This document shows, in pieces, positions 17,501 through 25,121 of a stretch of 64,000 nucleotides of DNA. Below the pieces are notes generated by a model that saw nothing but the letters and a program-made list of their open reading frames with translations, did no database searches and was not told where the DNA came from. The DNA comes from an uncultured Opitutia bacterium (GTDB lineage Bacteria > Verrucomicrobiota > Verrucomicrobiia > Opitutales > Opitutaceae): positions 228,748-292,747 of the forward strand of contig CAIPAH010000030.1 of the NCBI GenBank assembly GCA_903862955.1. The letters are read 5' to 3'. The translations under genes were made by a program, and so were the position numbers. Numbering within the stretch: position 1 is the stretch's first letter; each line of letters starts with the position of its first letter.

Positions 17501-17589
17501 ACCGCGAATGGACGCGAATGAACGCGAACCTCCGGCGCAGTGCTCCAGGTCGAAATCAATTCGCGTCTATTCGCGTCCATTCGCGGTTC
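17501..17589. repeat. long inverted repeat (29-nt arms, 2 mismatches, 31-nt loop); arms built of 10-nt tandem units (cgcgaatgRa)
   Basis: Left arm is aaccgcgaatggacgcgaatgaacgcgaa (17501-17529). Right arm is ttcgcgtctattcgcgtccattcgcggtt (17561-17589). It fills the whole gap between the thiolase stop and the synthetase start. Confidence 0.8.
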
Positions 17590-17594
17590 CAAAA

Positions 17595-18779
17595 TCAGGC
17601 CAGCTCCACGCACACCGCCAAACCCTCGCCGCCGCCGATGCAGATGGCGGCGACGCCGCGCTTCAGTCCGCGCTCCTTCAGCGCCGCCAGCAGGGTGACC
17701 ACGATCCTGGCGCCACTCGCACCGATGGGATGGCCGAGCGAGATCGCACCGCCGCGCACGTTGAGCTTTTCGTGCGGTACTCCGAGTTCCTGCATGAACG
17801 CCATGGGCACGACCGCGAAGGCTTCGTTTACTTCCCAGAGCTCGACGTCGCCCACCTTCCAACCCGCGCGTGCCAGTGCGTTCTGCGTCGCCTGCACAGG
17901 GGCGGTGGTGAACCAAAGCGGGTCCTGGGCGTGTCCGCCGAAAGCCACGATGCGTGCGAGGGGCCTGAGTTTCTTCGCCTGCGCGCTGGCCGACGTCGCC
18001 AGCACCACGGCCGCCGCACCGTCGTTGATCGTGGACGCGTTCGCTGGGGTGATCGTGCCGGCTTTGTCAAAGGCGGGGCGCAGCGTCGGGACCTTGTCGT
18101 ATTTTACCTTCGCCGGGCCCTCGTCCTGCTCGACTTTAGTGACGCCGCCCTTCGCGTCGGTGATTTCGACCGGTGTGATTTCCGCCGCAAACCGCCCATC
18201 TTTCTGCGCCGCGTTGGCGCGCTGGAACGAGGCGATGGCGTAGGCGTCCTGCTGCTCGCGCGTGAAGCCGTATTTGGCCGCGCACTTTTCCGCACAGTTG
18301 CCCATGTGGAGGTTGTTGTAGGGATCCCACAGCCCATCGAGGATCAGCGAGTCGACCACCTGCTGGTTGCCGAGCCGGTAGCCGTCGCGCGCTTTCGGCA
18401 GCAGGTAGGGCGCGGCGCTCATGTTCTCCATGCCGCCCGCCACGACCAGCGTCGCCGCATCGAGCGCCAGTGCGTGCACGCCCTGCATGATCGACTGCAG
18501 GCCCGACCCGCAGACCTTGTGAATCGTGACCGCGCGCGCCGAAGTCGGCAGGCCAGCCGCCAGCGCCGCCTGCCGGGCGGGCGCCTGGCCCTGGCCAGCC
18601 TGGAGCACATTGCCCATCAGCACGTCGGACACCTCTGCCGGCGCGACGCCGACCTGCGCAAGCGCGCCCATGATTGCGGCCGCACCGAGCTTCGACGCCG
18701 GCACGCCTGCGAGGGCGCCCTGAAACGAGCCAAGCGGCGTGCGCGTGGCGGAAAGAATGACGATGTCGGGTTGGGACAT
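17595..18779 (-). CDS. acetyl-CoA C-acetyltransferase (thiolase II)
   Basis: ATG 18779 (MSQPDIVILSATRTPLGSF) is preferred over the tracked GTG at 18800. It has the active-site regions VCGSGLQSI, NVRGGAISLGHPIGASG and CIGGGEG. Confidence 0.9.
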   Translation of the reverse strand: MSQPDIVILSATRTPLGSFQGALAGVPASKLGAAAIMGALAQVGVAPAEVSDVLMGNVLQAGQGQAPARQAALAAGLPTSARAVTIHKVCGSGLQSIMQGVHALALDAATLVVAGGMENMSAAPYLLPKARDGYRLGNQQVVDSLILDGLWDPYNNLHMGNCAEKCAAKYGFTREQQDAYAIASFQRANAAQKDGRFAAEITPVEITDAKGGVTKVEQDEGPAKVKYDKVPTLRPAFDKAGTITPANASTINDGAAAVVLATSASAQAKKLRPLARIVAFGGHAQDPLWFTTAPVQATQNALARAGWKVGDVELWEVNEAFAVVPMAFMQELGVPHEKLNVRGGAISLGHPIGASGARIVVTLLAALKERGLKRGVAAICIGGGEGLAVCVELA

Positions 18780-18804
18780 GGGGTGAGCTTTATCTGACAC
18801 TATC

Positions 18805-18886
18805 TGTCATTCGGAGCGAAGCGAAGAATCCAGTGGGAGTTCGTCTGCCGTGTCCAAGGGGATTCTTCGCTTCGCTCCGAATGACA
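18805..18886. repeat. perfect 27-bp inverted repeat with 28-nt loop (tgtcattcggagcgaagcgaagaatcc / ggattcttcgcttcgctccgaatgaca)
   Basis: Arms are 18805-18831 and 18860-18886. It lies between the flavin reductase stop and the thiolase start. Confidence 0.85.
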
Positions 18887-18890
18887 AACG

Positions 18891-19499
18891 TTAATCCGGA
18901 CGTTCGATGGAAAATGTGTCGCGCGTCGTGCTGTAAGCCTCGCCGCCGAGACGGCCAACGAGGTCGAGCTTGGCCACGTCGGGCTTGCCGTTCGGGCCGA
19001 GCACGTCGTCGCGGACATGCGCGACCAGGATGCTCCCGAAGATGACGTGCGCCGCCAGCGGGCCCTCGCCGATGTTCACCACCCGGAGCAGCCGGCACTC
19101 GTAAGCGACGGGGGCCGCAGCGACGCGCGGCGGGCGAACCAGCTCGGATTTCGCCGCGGCAATGCCGAATTTTTCAAATTCGCTCTCACCGTAGGGCAGC
19201 AGCGCCGAGCAGGCGTTCATCTGCTCCGCGAGGGCGCGCGGCACGAGGTTCACGACGAACTCCGGCACGGCCTCGATGTTGCGCACGGTGTCCTTCTTCT
19301 GCCCCTGGCGGTTGTTGACGGGGACAAACATGAGCGTCGGCGGGTTGGCGCAGACGCCCTGAAAGAAACTGAACGGCGCGAGGTTGGTCTTCCCGTCGGC
19401 CGAGATCGTCGAGACCCACGCGATGGGCCGCGGCAGGATTGTGCTGATCATCCATTGGTAGGCATCGCGCGGGGCGAGCTGGGAAAAGTCGAGGCGCAT
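18891..19499 (-). CDS. flavin reductase-like FMN-binding protein
   Basis: 202 aa. PRPIAWVSTISADGKTNLAPFSFF is typical of the flavin reductase split-barrel family. Confidence 0.7.
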   Translation of the reverse strand: MRLDFSQLAPRDAYQWMISTILPRPIAWVSTISADGKTNLAPFSFFQGVCANPPTLMFVPVNNRQGQKKDTVRNIEAVPEFVVNLVPRALAEQMNACSALLPYGESEFEKFGIAAAKSELVRPPRVAAAPVAYECRLLRVVNIGEGPLAAHVIFGSILVAHVRDDVLGPNGKPDVAKLDLVGRLGGEAYSTTRDTFSIERPD

Positions 19500-19541
19500 G
19501 GGAAAGAGGATCAGCCGGGGTCAACTCAAGTTCAACAGAAT

Positions 19542-19616
19542 GGTTAAGCCGGAAGCCATGAAGCCAGGAGAGACCAAGGCCCTCTGGTTCCTAGCTTCAT
19601 GGCTTCCGGCTTAACC
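19542..19616. repeat. perfect 23-bp inverted repeat with 29-nt loop (ggttaagccggaagccatgaagc / gcttcatggcttccggcttaacc)
   Basis: Arms are 19542-19564 and 19594-19616. It lies between the hmgA stop and the flavin reductase start. A 12-nt core, agccggaagcca, recurs as a solo copy at 32163-32174. Confidence 0.85.
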
Positions 19617-19628
19617 CATTCAGGCCGG

Positions 19629-20810
19629 TCACCCCAGCCAGCTCAGCGGGTAGTTCGGGTCGTCGATCGCGAGCGCCTCCTCGGTCAGCTGCAGCGGGTA
19701 TTGCGTGTCGAACATCACCGCCAGCTCCTCGGTGCGGGTGGCGTCGAAGCTCTTCAGGGTCGTTCCCGGGTGCGGCCCGTGCGGGATGCCCTGCGGGTGC
19801 AGCGTGAACGACCCCGGCTCCACGCCCTTGCGCGAGCCGAACTGCCCGCGCACGTAGAACAGCACTTCGTCCGCCTCCGTGTTGTCGTGTGCCCACGGCA
19901 CTTTCACGGCCTCGGGATGATGATCGAGCCAGCGCGGCGCGAAGGTACACACAACGTAGCCGCGGATCTCGAACGTCTGGTGAATCGGCGGCGGCAGGTG
20001 CACCGTGCCCGTGATCGGCTCAAAATCATTCGCGTTGAACGTGAACGGATAGAGGTAGCCGTCCCAGCCCACGACATCGAACGGGTGGCTCGCCATCACG
20101 ACCTTCGTCAGCCGCGCGCGGTCCTTGAGCAGGATTGCGAAGTCCCCCTCCGTCTCGTTCGGCACCAGCTCGCTCGGACCGTGAAAGTCGCGCTCGCTGT
20201 AGGGCGCGCCCATCCGGATCTGGCCCTCGGGGTGCAGGTAGCGCGCGGGAATCCGCACCGGGTGCGCCGACTCGAGGATCAGGTAGTCCTCCTTGGCAAC
20301 GTCGTCCGGCACCAGCCGGTAGATCGTGCCGCGCGGGATGACGATGTAGTCGTCCTGCCGGTAGCGCAGCCGCCCGAAGTTCGTCTCCAGCCAGCCGCCG
20401 CCGCCCCACACGAAGATGATGTCGTCACTCTGGCCGTTGCGGTAGAAATCGTAGCCCGCCGCCATCGCCGTCGCCGGCCGGCAGCGGGAGCAGGTCATGT
20501 CCTGGTTGAACATCAGCGGCACGCGGCCCGTGTAAGGATCGCCGCGGCGCGGCAGTTGAAACGACTTCAGGTGGTGATGTCGCAAAGGCAGGGGCGCGGC
20601 CGCCCGCGGCGCGAGTTCGCGTATCAGCTCGACGCTCTTCACGCGCGTGGGCGGCTTCTGGTGATACAGGATCGAATACGCCCGATCGAACCCCTCGGTC
20701 GTGACGACGTGTTCGTAGTGCAGCCCCTCGCCCTTGAAGCTCTCAGCCGCGGGCCGGGAAAATTTCAGGTGATGCTTCCGCGGCATCGAACCGAGTTTGA
20801 GGTAGGGCAT
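19629..20810 (-). CDS. hmgA: homogentisate 1,2-dioxygenase
   Basis: 393 aa. The overall sequence is recognised as HmgA-like (MPYLKLGSMPRKHH...YHQKPPTRV...). It is adjacent to hppD. Confidence 0.8.
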   Translation of the reverse strand: MPYLKLGSMPRKHHLKFSRPAAESFKGEGLHYEHVVTTEGFDRAYSILYHQKPPTRVKSVELIRELAPRAAAPLPLRHHHLKSFQLPRRGDPYTGRVPLMFNQDMTCSRCRPATAMAAGYDFYRNGQSDDIIFVWGGGGWLETNFGRLRYRQDDYIVIPRGTIYRLVPDDVAKEDYLILESAHPVRIPARYLHPEGQIRMGAPYSERDFHGPSELVPNETEGDFAILLKDRARLTKVVMASHPFDVVGWDGYLYPFTFNANDFEPITGTVHLPPPIHQTFEIRGYVVCTFAPRWLDHHPEAVKVPWAHDNTEADEVLFYVRGQFGSRKGVEPGSFTLHPQGIPHGPHPGTTLKSFDATRTEELAVMFDTQYPLQLTEEALAIDDPNYPLSWLG

Positions 20811-20813
20811 GGG

Positions 20814-20924
20814 AAATTTTCGAATTTCGATTTCCGAATTTCGAATGGCAGGCGGCTGGGGGTGATTTGGGCGGGGCTGGTGGTTGGGCTCCGGGCAGAA
20901 ATCGAAATTAGAAAATCGAAAATT
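20814..20924. repeat. AT-rich inverted arrays of heptamer AATTTCG (about 4 direct copies on the left, reverse-complement copies on the right) around a 51-nt GC-rich spacer
   Basis: The left array (20814-20846) is aattttcg aatttcg atttccg aatttcg. The reverse complement of the right array (20898-20924) is aattttcg attttct aatttcg atttc. The right array contains the hppD stop codon. The left array abuts the hmgA start. Confidence 0.7.
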
Positions 20925-22041
20925 ACAGCGTTCCCCGCTTCGCCTGCTCCCGCTCGATCGCCTCGAACAGCGCGCGGAAGTTGCCTTCGCCGAAGCCCCG
21001 CGCGCGACCGCGGCGCTGGATCACCTCGAAGAACAGCGTCGGGCGCGCGAAGACGCACTTGGTGAACAGCTGCAGCAGGTAGCCGTCGTCACCTTCGTCG
21101 CGGTCCACCAGGATGCGCAGCTCCTTCAGCCGTTCCTTGTCCTCCGCAATCTCGCCCACACGCTGGTCAAATTCCGCGTCGTAGTACGTCTCCGGCACGT
21201 CGAGGAAATCCTGGCCCATCCGGCGCATCTCCGCGACGGTCGCGACGATGTCGGGCGTGAGCAGCGCGATGTGCTGGACGCCAGGGCCGTTGTAGCGGTC
21301 GAGAAATTCCCGGATCTGCGAGTTCGCCGAGGAGGGCTCGTTGATCGGCATCTTCACCCAGCCGTCCGTCGAGCTGACGACCTTCGACATCAGCGCGCTG
21401 CGGCCGGTGTTGATGTCGAAGTGCATGAAGAGGTCGAAGCCGAAGATGTCCGCGTAATATTTCACCCACGGCTCCATGTGCTCCACGTTGGCCACGACGT
21501 GGTCGATCATCGCGAAGTTGATGTCCCCGTCCTCGACCACACCCGGCACGGGCGAGTAGCCGGGCGCGAAATTCGTGTGGGGCTTGCGCTCGATGAAGGT
21601 GTGAACCGTGTCGCCGTAGGCCGCGATCGTGCCGCCGATGAAGACCTCGTGCTCGTCCAGCGGACGCACGACCGACGCCCCCCGGCGCGCCGCCTCGGCC
21701 AGCGCGTGGGCCGCGTCCTTCACGCGGAACGCCACGTCGCGCACGCCGCAGCCGTGTTTTTCCAAGTGCCACCGCATGAAGTCCGCTTCCGGGCCCGTGC
21801 CCTGCGGCTCGGCGACAATGAAATTGATCCGTCCCTGCCCCACCACGTGCGCACGCCGGCCGCGCACGCCGGTCTTTTCGTCGGCATAGAACCGCGCCGC
21901 CATGCCGTATTTCCCGAGGAAGAAGTCCCGCCACTGGTCGGCGTTGTCGACGATGAACTCGATGTGGTCGATGCCCTTCACGCCCAGGGGATTGAAGGCC
22001 GCTTTCGCCCCGGCGGATTTCTCGAAGAAAGTGGTGCTCAT
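20923..22041 (-). CDS. hppD: 4-hydroxyphenylpyruvate dioxygenase
   Basis: The start was set to ATG 22041 (MSTTFFEKSAGAKAAFNPLGVKGIDHIEFIV), giving 372 aa. The C-terminal hallmark is FFEVIQRRG...GFGEGNFRALFEAIEREQ. The tracked 615-aa ORF carries a spurious 243-aa N-terminal extension. Confidence 0.9.
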   Translation of the reverse strand: MSTTFFEKSAGAKAAFNPLGVKGIDHIEFIVDNADQWRDFFLGKYGMAARFYADEKTGVRGRRAHVVGQGRINFIVAEPQGTGPEADFMRWHLEKHGCGVRDVAFRVKDAAHALAEAARRGASVVRPLDEHEVFIGGTIAAYGDTVHTFIERKPHTNFAPGYSPVPGVVEDGDINFAMIDHVVANVEHMEPWVKYYADIFGFDLFMHFDINTGRSALMSKVVSSTDGWVKMPINEPSSANSQIREFLDRYNGPGVQHIALLTPDIVATVAEMRRMGQDFLDVPETYYDAEFDQRVGEIAEDKERLKELRILVDRDEGDDGYLLQLFTKCVFARPTLFFEVIQRRGRARGFGEGNFRALFEAIEREQAKRGTL

Positions 22042-22149
22042 GGGGTGGACGGGGTGCGGGCAATCTAACCTCACCTTCCGCCGGGGTCCATCGGCCAAAT
22101 GGAGTAATCCGCCGCTTGCGCCGCCCGCGCTTCCCCGCCAGCTTCCGGC

Positions 22150-22758
22150 ATGGCTGGCCGGCTCCCCGTTTCCCCTTCCAACGAGTCCGCGCTGCTGGCG
22201 CACACCTTGGCCATGCTCGAGGAAGTGCCCGTCGGCCTGCTGCTCCTCGACTTGGACCTGCGGCCCCTGTGGTTCAACGTGGAGGCCGCCCGCGCGTGCG
22301 CCGTCTGGAACCACGGCGAGCGCCGCGCCGCGGCCTTGCGCGTGCGGAGCGCGTTTCGCGTGCCGGGACCCCTGCTCGAGGCGTGCCGCGCGCTCCACGA
22401 CGCGGGGCCTTCCGCCGCGCCTGCCGTGGTGAGTGACCATGCCCGCGGCCTGCACGCGCGCATCCGCCTCCACACTCCAGCCGCCGGCCAGCCGCCGGCT
22501 TTCCACCTGCAGCTGGACTATCGCCGTCCCCGCGGCGACCGCCACCGGCCGTTGTCGCCCGGTGCCGTCGCCCTGCTCGCCCGGCTGTCGGAGCGCGAAC
22601 GCGAGGTCGCCATGCGCGTCCGCGAGGGCCTGCGCACCGTCGAAATCGCCGCCGAACTTCGGCGCAGCCCGCTCACGATCAAGACCCAGCTCGCCGCCAT
22701 CTTCGCCAAACTCGACGTGCGCGGGCGCACCCGCGTGGCGGCCTTGCTCAGCCGCTAA
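22150..22758 (+). CDS. LuxR-family transcriptional regulator with PAS-like N-terminal domain
   Basis: 202 aa. It has a C-terminal LuxR HTH (LSEREREVAMRVREGLRTVEIAAELRRSPLTIKTQLAAIFAKLDV). It is divergent from hppD. Confidence 0.75.
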   Translation: MAGRLPVSPSNESALLAHTLAMLEEVPVGLLLLDLDLRPLWFNVEAARACAVWNHGERRAAALRVRSAFRVPGPLLEACRALHDAGPSAAPAVVSDHARGLHARIRLHTPAAGQPPAFHLQLDYRRPRGDRHRPLSPGAVALLARLSEREREVAMRVREGLRTVEIAAELRRSPLTIKTQLAAIFAKLDVRGRTRVAALLSR

Positions 22759-22876
22759 AGTTGACCACAATCCCTTGGAAACCAGCTAGGTATTCCCCCC
22801 GATATCATTGTTCGCCGCGGGATTGCGTCCGCCCGCGTTCCATGCATTCTCCTGCCCCGTCCCCGCCCTTCTGACC

Positions 22877-23308
22877 ATGGCCCGTATTTTGATTATCGAC
22901 GATGACGACACGCTCCGTGGCATCATTGCCAAGAGCCTGACCCATGCGGGCCACACGGTCTCGCAGGCCAACAACGGCCGCAAGGGCGTCGCCCTCTATC
23001 GCTCGGCGCCGACCGACCTTGTCATCACCGATCTCGTGATGCCGGAGCAGGAGGGCATGGAGACGATCAAAATTCTCCACCAGAGTTTCCCCACGCTGCC
23101 CATCATCGCGATGTCCGGCGGGTTGGATGGCTCGCCACTTTACCTCGACCTCACTCGCCGGCTCGGCGCGATGATCACGCTGACCAAGCCGTTCACGCTC
23201 CAACAGCTCAAGGTGGCGATCGACGAGATCTTCGCGAAGAATCCGCCCCCGCCTTCCGCGCCTCCGCCCGCTGCGGGGGCCGAGGAAAAGCCGGCCGCCG
23301 GCAGCTGA
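22877..23308 (+). CDS. stand-alone response-regulator receiver protein (CheY-like) with Pro-rich tail
   Basis: The start was set to ATG 22877 (MARILIIDDDDTLRG). It has the receiver landmarks DD, DLVMP and TKPF. There is no output domain. Confidence 0.8.
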   Translation: MARILIIDDDDTLRGIIAKSLTHAGHTVSQANNGRKGVALYRSAPTDLVITDLVMPEQEGMETIKILHQSFPTLPIIAMSGGLDGSPLYLDLTRRLGAMITLTKPFTLQQLKVAIDEIFAKNPPPPSAPPPAAGAEEKPAAGS

Positions 23309-23434
23309 GGTCCGGGCGCATCTCGCGCCGTCTGCAGTTTACGCCGTTTGGGGTATGGCTCCGCGCTGCACCGACTGCTAGCATCAGAGGTCAACCCCCC
23401 TCCGACGGCGCGCTCGCTTGGCCGCCTCAATCCC

Positions 23435-24244
23435 ATGCGCCCCACTCCCACCGCGGTTCATCCGGCAGCCCGTCCGCCCGATGGCAGTGACCCGCGCTGC
23501 GTGCCCCACAAGCTGGCCGGCCCGCTGCCGGTCGGGGACGCATGCGGCTATCCCGATTACACCGCCGAGGAACATGACGTCTGGCGCACGCTTTACGCGC
23601 GCATGGCGCAGCTGCTGCCCGGGCGCGCCGCGGATGAATTTCTCACAGGGCTCGACGCGCTCGGGCTCAACCACGAGCGCATCCCCGCGCTCGCCGCCGT
23701 GTCGCGGCGCCTGCAGGAGACCACCGGCTGGCAGATCGCCCGCACGCCCGGGTTGCTCGACGCGCACGATTTCTTCTCCCATCTCGCGCGCCGCATTTTT
23801 CCGTGCACCGACTACATCCGCGGCCGGTCGGAACTCGACTACACGCCCGCGCCCGACTGTTTCCACGACATCTTCGGCCACACGCCGATGATCATGCACC
23901 CGCGCTTCGCCGACTTTTACCAGAAGATCGGCCAGTCAGCCCTGGCCTGCCGCGATCCCGCCATCGCAGAAGGGCTCACGCGCATTTACTGGTTCACGGT
24001 CGAGTTCGGTCTCGTGCAAAATCCCGGCGGTCTGCGCATCTACGGCAACGGCATCATCTCCAGTTCCGGCGAGACGTTGCACTCGCTCACCGCGGCGGTG
24101 GAAAAACGGCCCTTCGTGCCGGAGCAAACCGCGCGGCAGCCCTACGACATCTGGCATTTTCAGGATGTGCTATGGGTCGTGGAGTCCTTCGACCAACTCG
24201 AGGCGCAGTTCGTCCGCTGGTCGAAAGCACACGGCCTGCTCTAG
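23435..24244 (+). CDS. phhA: phenylalanine 4-hydroxylase (biopterin-dependent aromatic amino acid hydroxylase)
   Basis: The first ATG, at 23435, is preferred over the tracked TTG at 23348. It has the iron-ligand region PDCFHDIFGHTPM and the motifs YWFTVEFGL and GNGIISSSGE. Confidence 0.85.
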   Translation: MRPTPTAVHPAARPPDGSDPRCVPHKLAGPLPVGDACGYPDYTAEEHDVWRTLYARMAQLLPGRAADEFLTGLDALGLNHERIPALAAVSRRLQETTGWQIARTPGLLDAHDFFSHLARRIFPCTDYIRGRSELDYTPAPDCFHDIFGHTPMIMHPRFADFYQKIGQSALACRDPAIAEGLTRIYWFTVEFGLVQNPGGLRIYGNGIISSSGETLHSLTAAVEKRPFVPEQTARQPYDIWHFQDVLWVVESFDQLEAQFVRWSKAHGLL

Positions 24245-24317
24245 GTTTCTGCCCCGGCTTCAGTGGCCATTTGATTTCCAGCCCGGGACTGTTACCCATG
24301 CTCGGCCGCAACCGATC

Positions 24318-25082
24318 ATGAACCCAACTGCGAAGCAAAATTTGAGCAAGGTTCCCGAGGTAACCTTCATCTTCTGGATCATCAAAATTGCCGCGACCAC
24401 GCTGGGCGAAACCGGCGGGGATGCGGTGTCCATGTCGATGGAGCTGGGATACCTGGTGGGCACCGGGATTTTTGCGGCGGTGTTTGTCGGGGCCGTCGTG
24501 GCGCAGATCAAGGCGCCGCGATTTTATCCCTTTCTCTATTGGGCTACGATCATCGCCTCGACCACGGTCGGGACGACCTTGGCCGACTATGCCGACCGTT
24601 CACTCGGCATCGGCTACGCCGGTGGCGCTTCGCTGCTCTTCATTCTGCTCATGGCCTCCCTTGCCACCTGGCATTGGGCGCTCGGTTCCGTCTCCGTCAA
24701 CACGGTCAGCTCCCCCAAGGCCGAGATGTTCTATTGGGTCACGATCATGTTTTCCCAAACGCTGGGCACGGCTGTGGGAGATTGGACGGCCGACTCGGCC
24801 GGGCTGGGCTATACCGGGGGCGTGATCATCTTTGGTTCCCTACTCGCGCTGGTGGTGGCGGCGTATCTTTGGACCAACCTCTCCCGCACGGCGCTCTTCT
24901 GGTCGGCTTTCATCCTGACGCGGCCGCTGGGTGCGGTAGTCGGCGATTTCCTCGACAAGCCGACCGATTCCGGCGGCCTGGCCTTGAGCCGATATACGGC
25001 TTCAGCCGCGCTCCTGGGGTTCATTGTCGCCTGCATCCTGATATTTCCCCAGCGACCCGCCAAGGGCGCAGCGCACGGCTGA
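24318..25082 (+). CDS. polytopic membrane protein with four internal repeats (COG4705-like, function unknown)
   Basis: The start was set to ATG 24318 (MNPTAKQNLSKVPEVTFIFWIIKIAATTLGETGGD). It has four repeats of a [ST]xxLG/VGxxxGD motif: TTLGETGGDAVS, TTVGTTLADYADRS, QTLGTAVGDWTADS and RPLGAVVGDFLDKP. Confidence 0.65.
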   Translation: MNPTAKQNLSKVPEVTFIFWIIKIAATTLGETGGDAVSMSMELGYLVGTGIFAAVFVGAVVAQIKAPRFYPFLYWATIIASTTVGTTLADYADRSLGIGYAGGASLLFILLMASLATWHWALGSVSVNTVSSPKAEMFYWVTIMFSQTLGTAVGDWTADSAGLGYTGGVIIFGSLLALVVAAYLWTNLSRTALFWSAFILTRPLGAVVGDFLDKPTDSGGLALSRYTASAALLGFIVACILIFPQRPAKGAAHG

Positions 25083-25121
25083 CCTTGCCCGGAGCCGAAC
25101 CCGGCGTGGCCAGCCCACGGG

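Noticed and set aside
20923-22770. A 615-aa ORF suggesting a much larger HppD fusion protein.
   Set aside because: The first 243 codons are Gly/Arg/Ala-rich and antisense to the LuxR-family gene. A canonical HppD N-terminus starts at ATG 22041 and gives the normal ~370-aa size.
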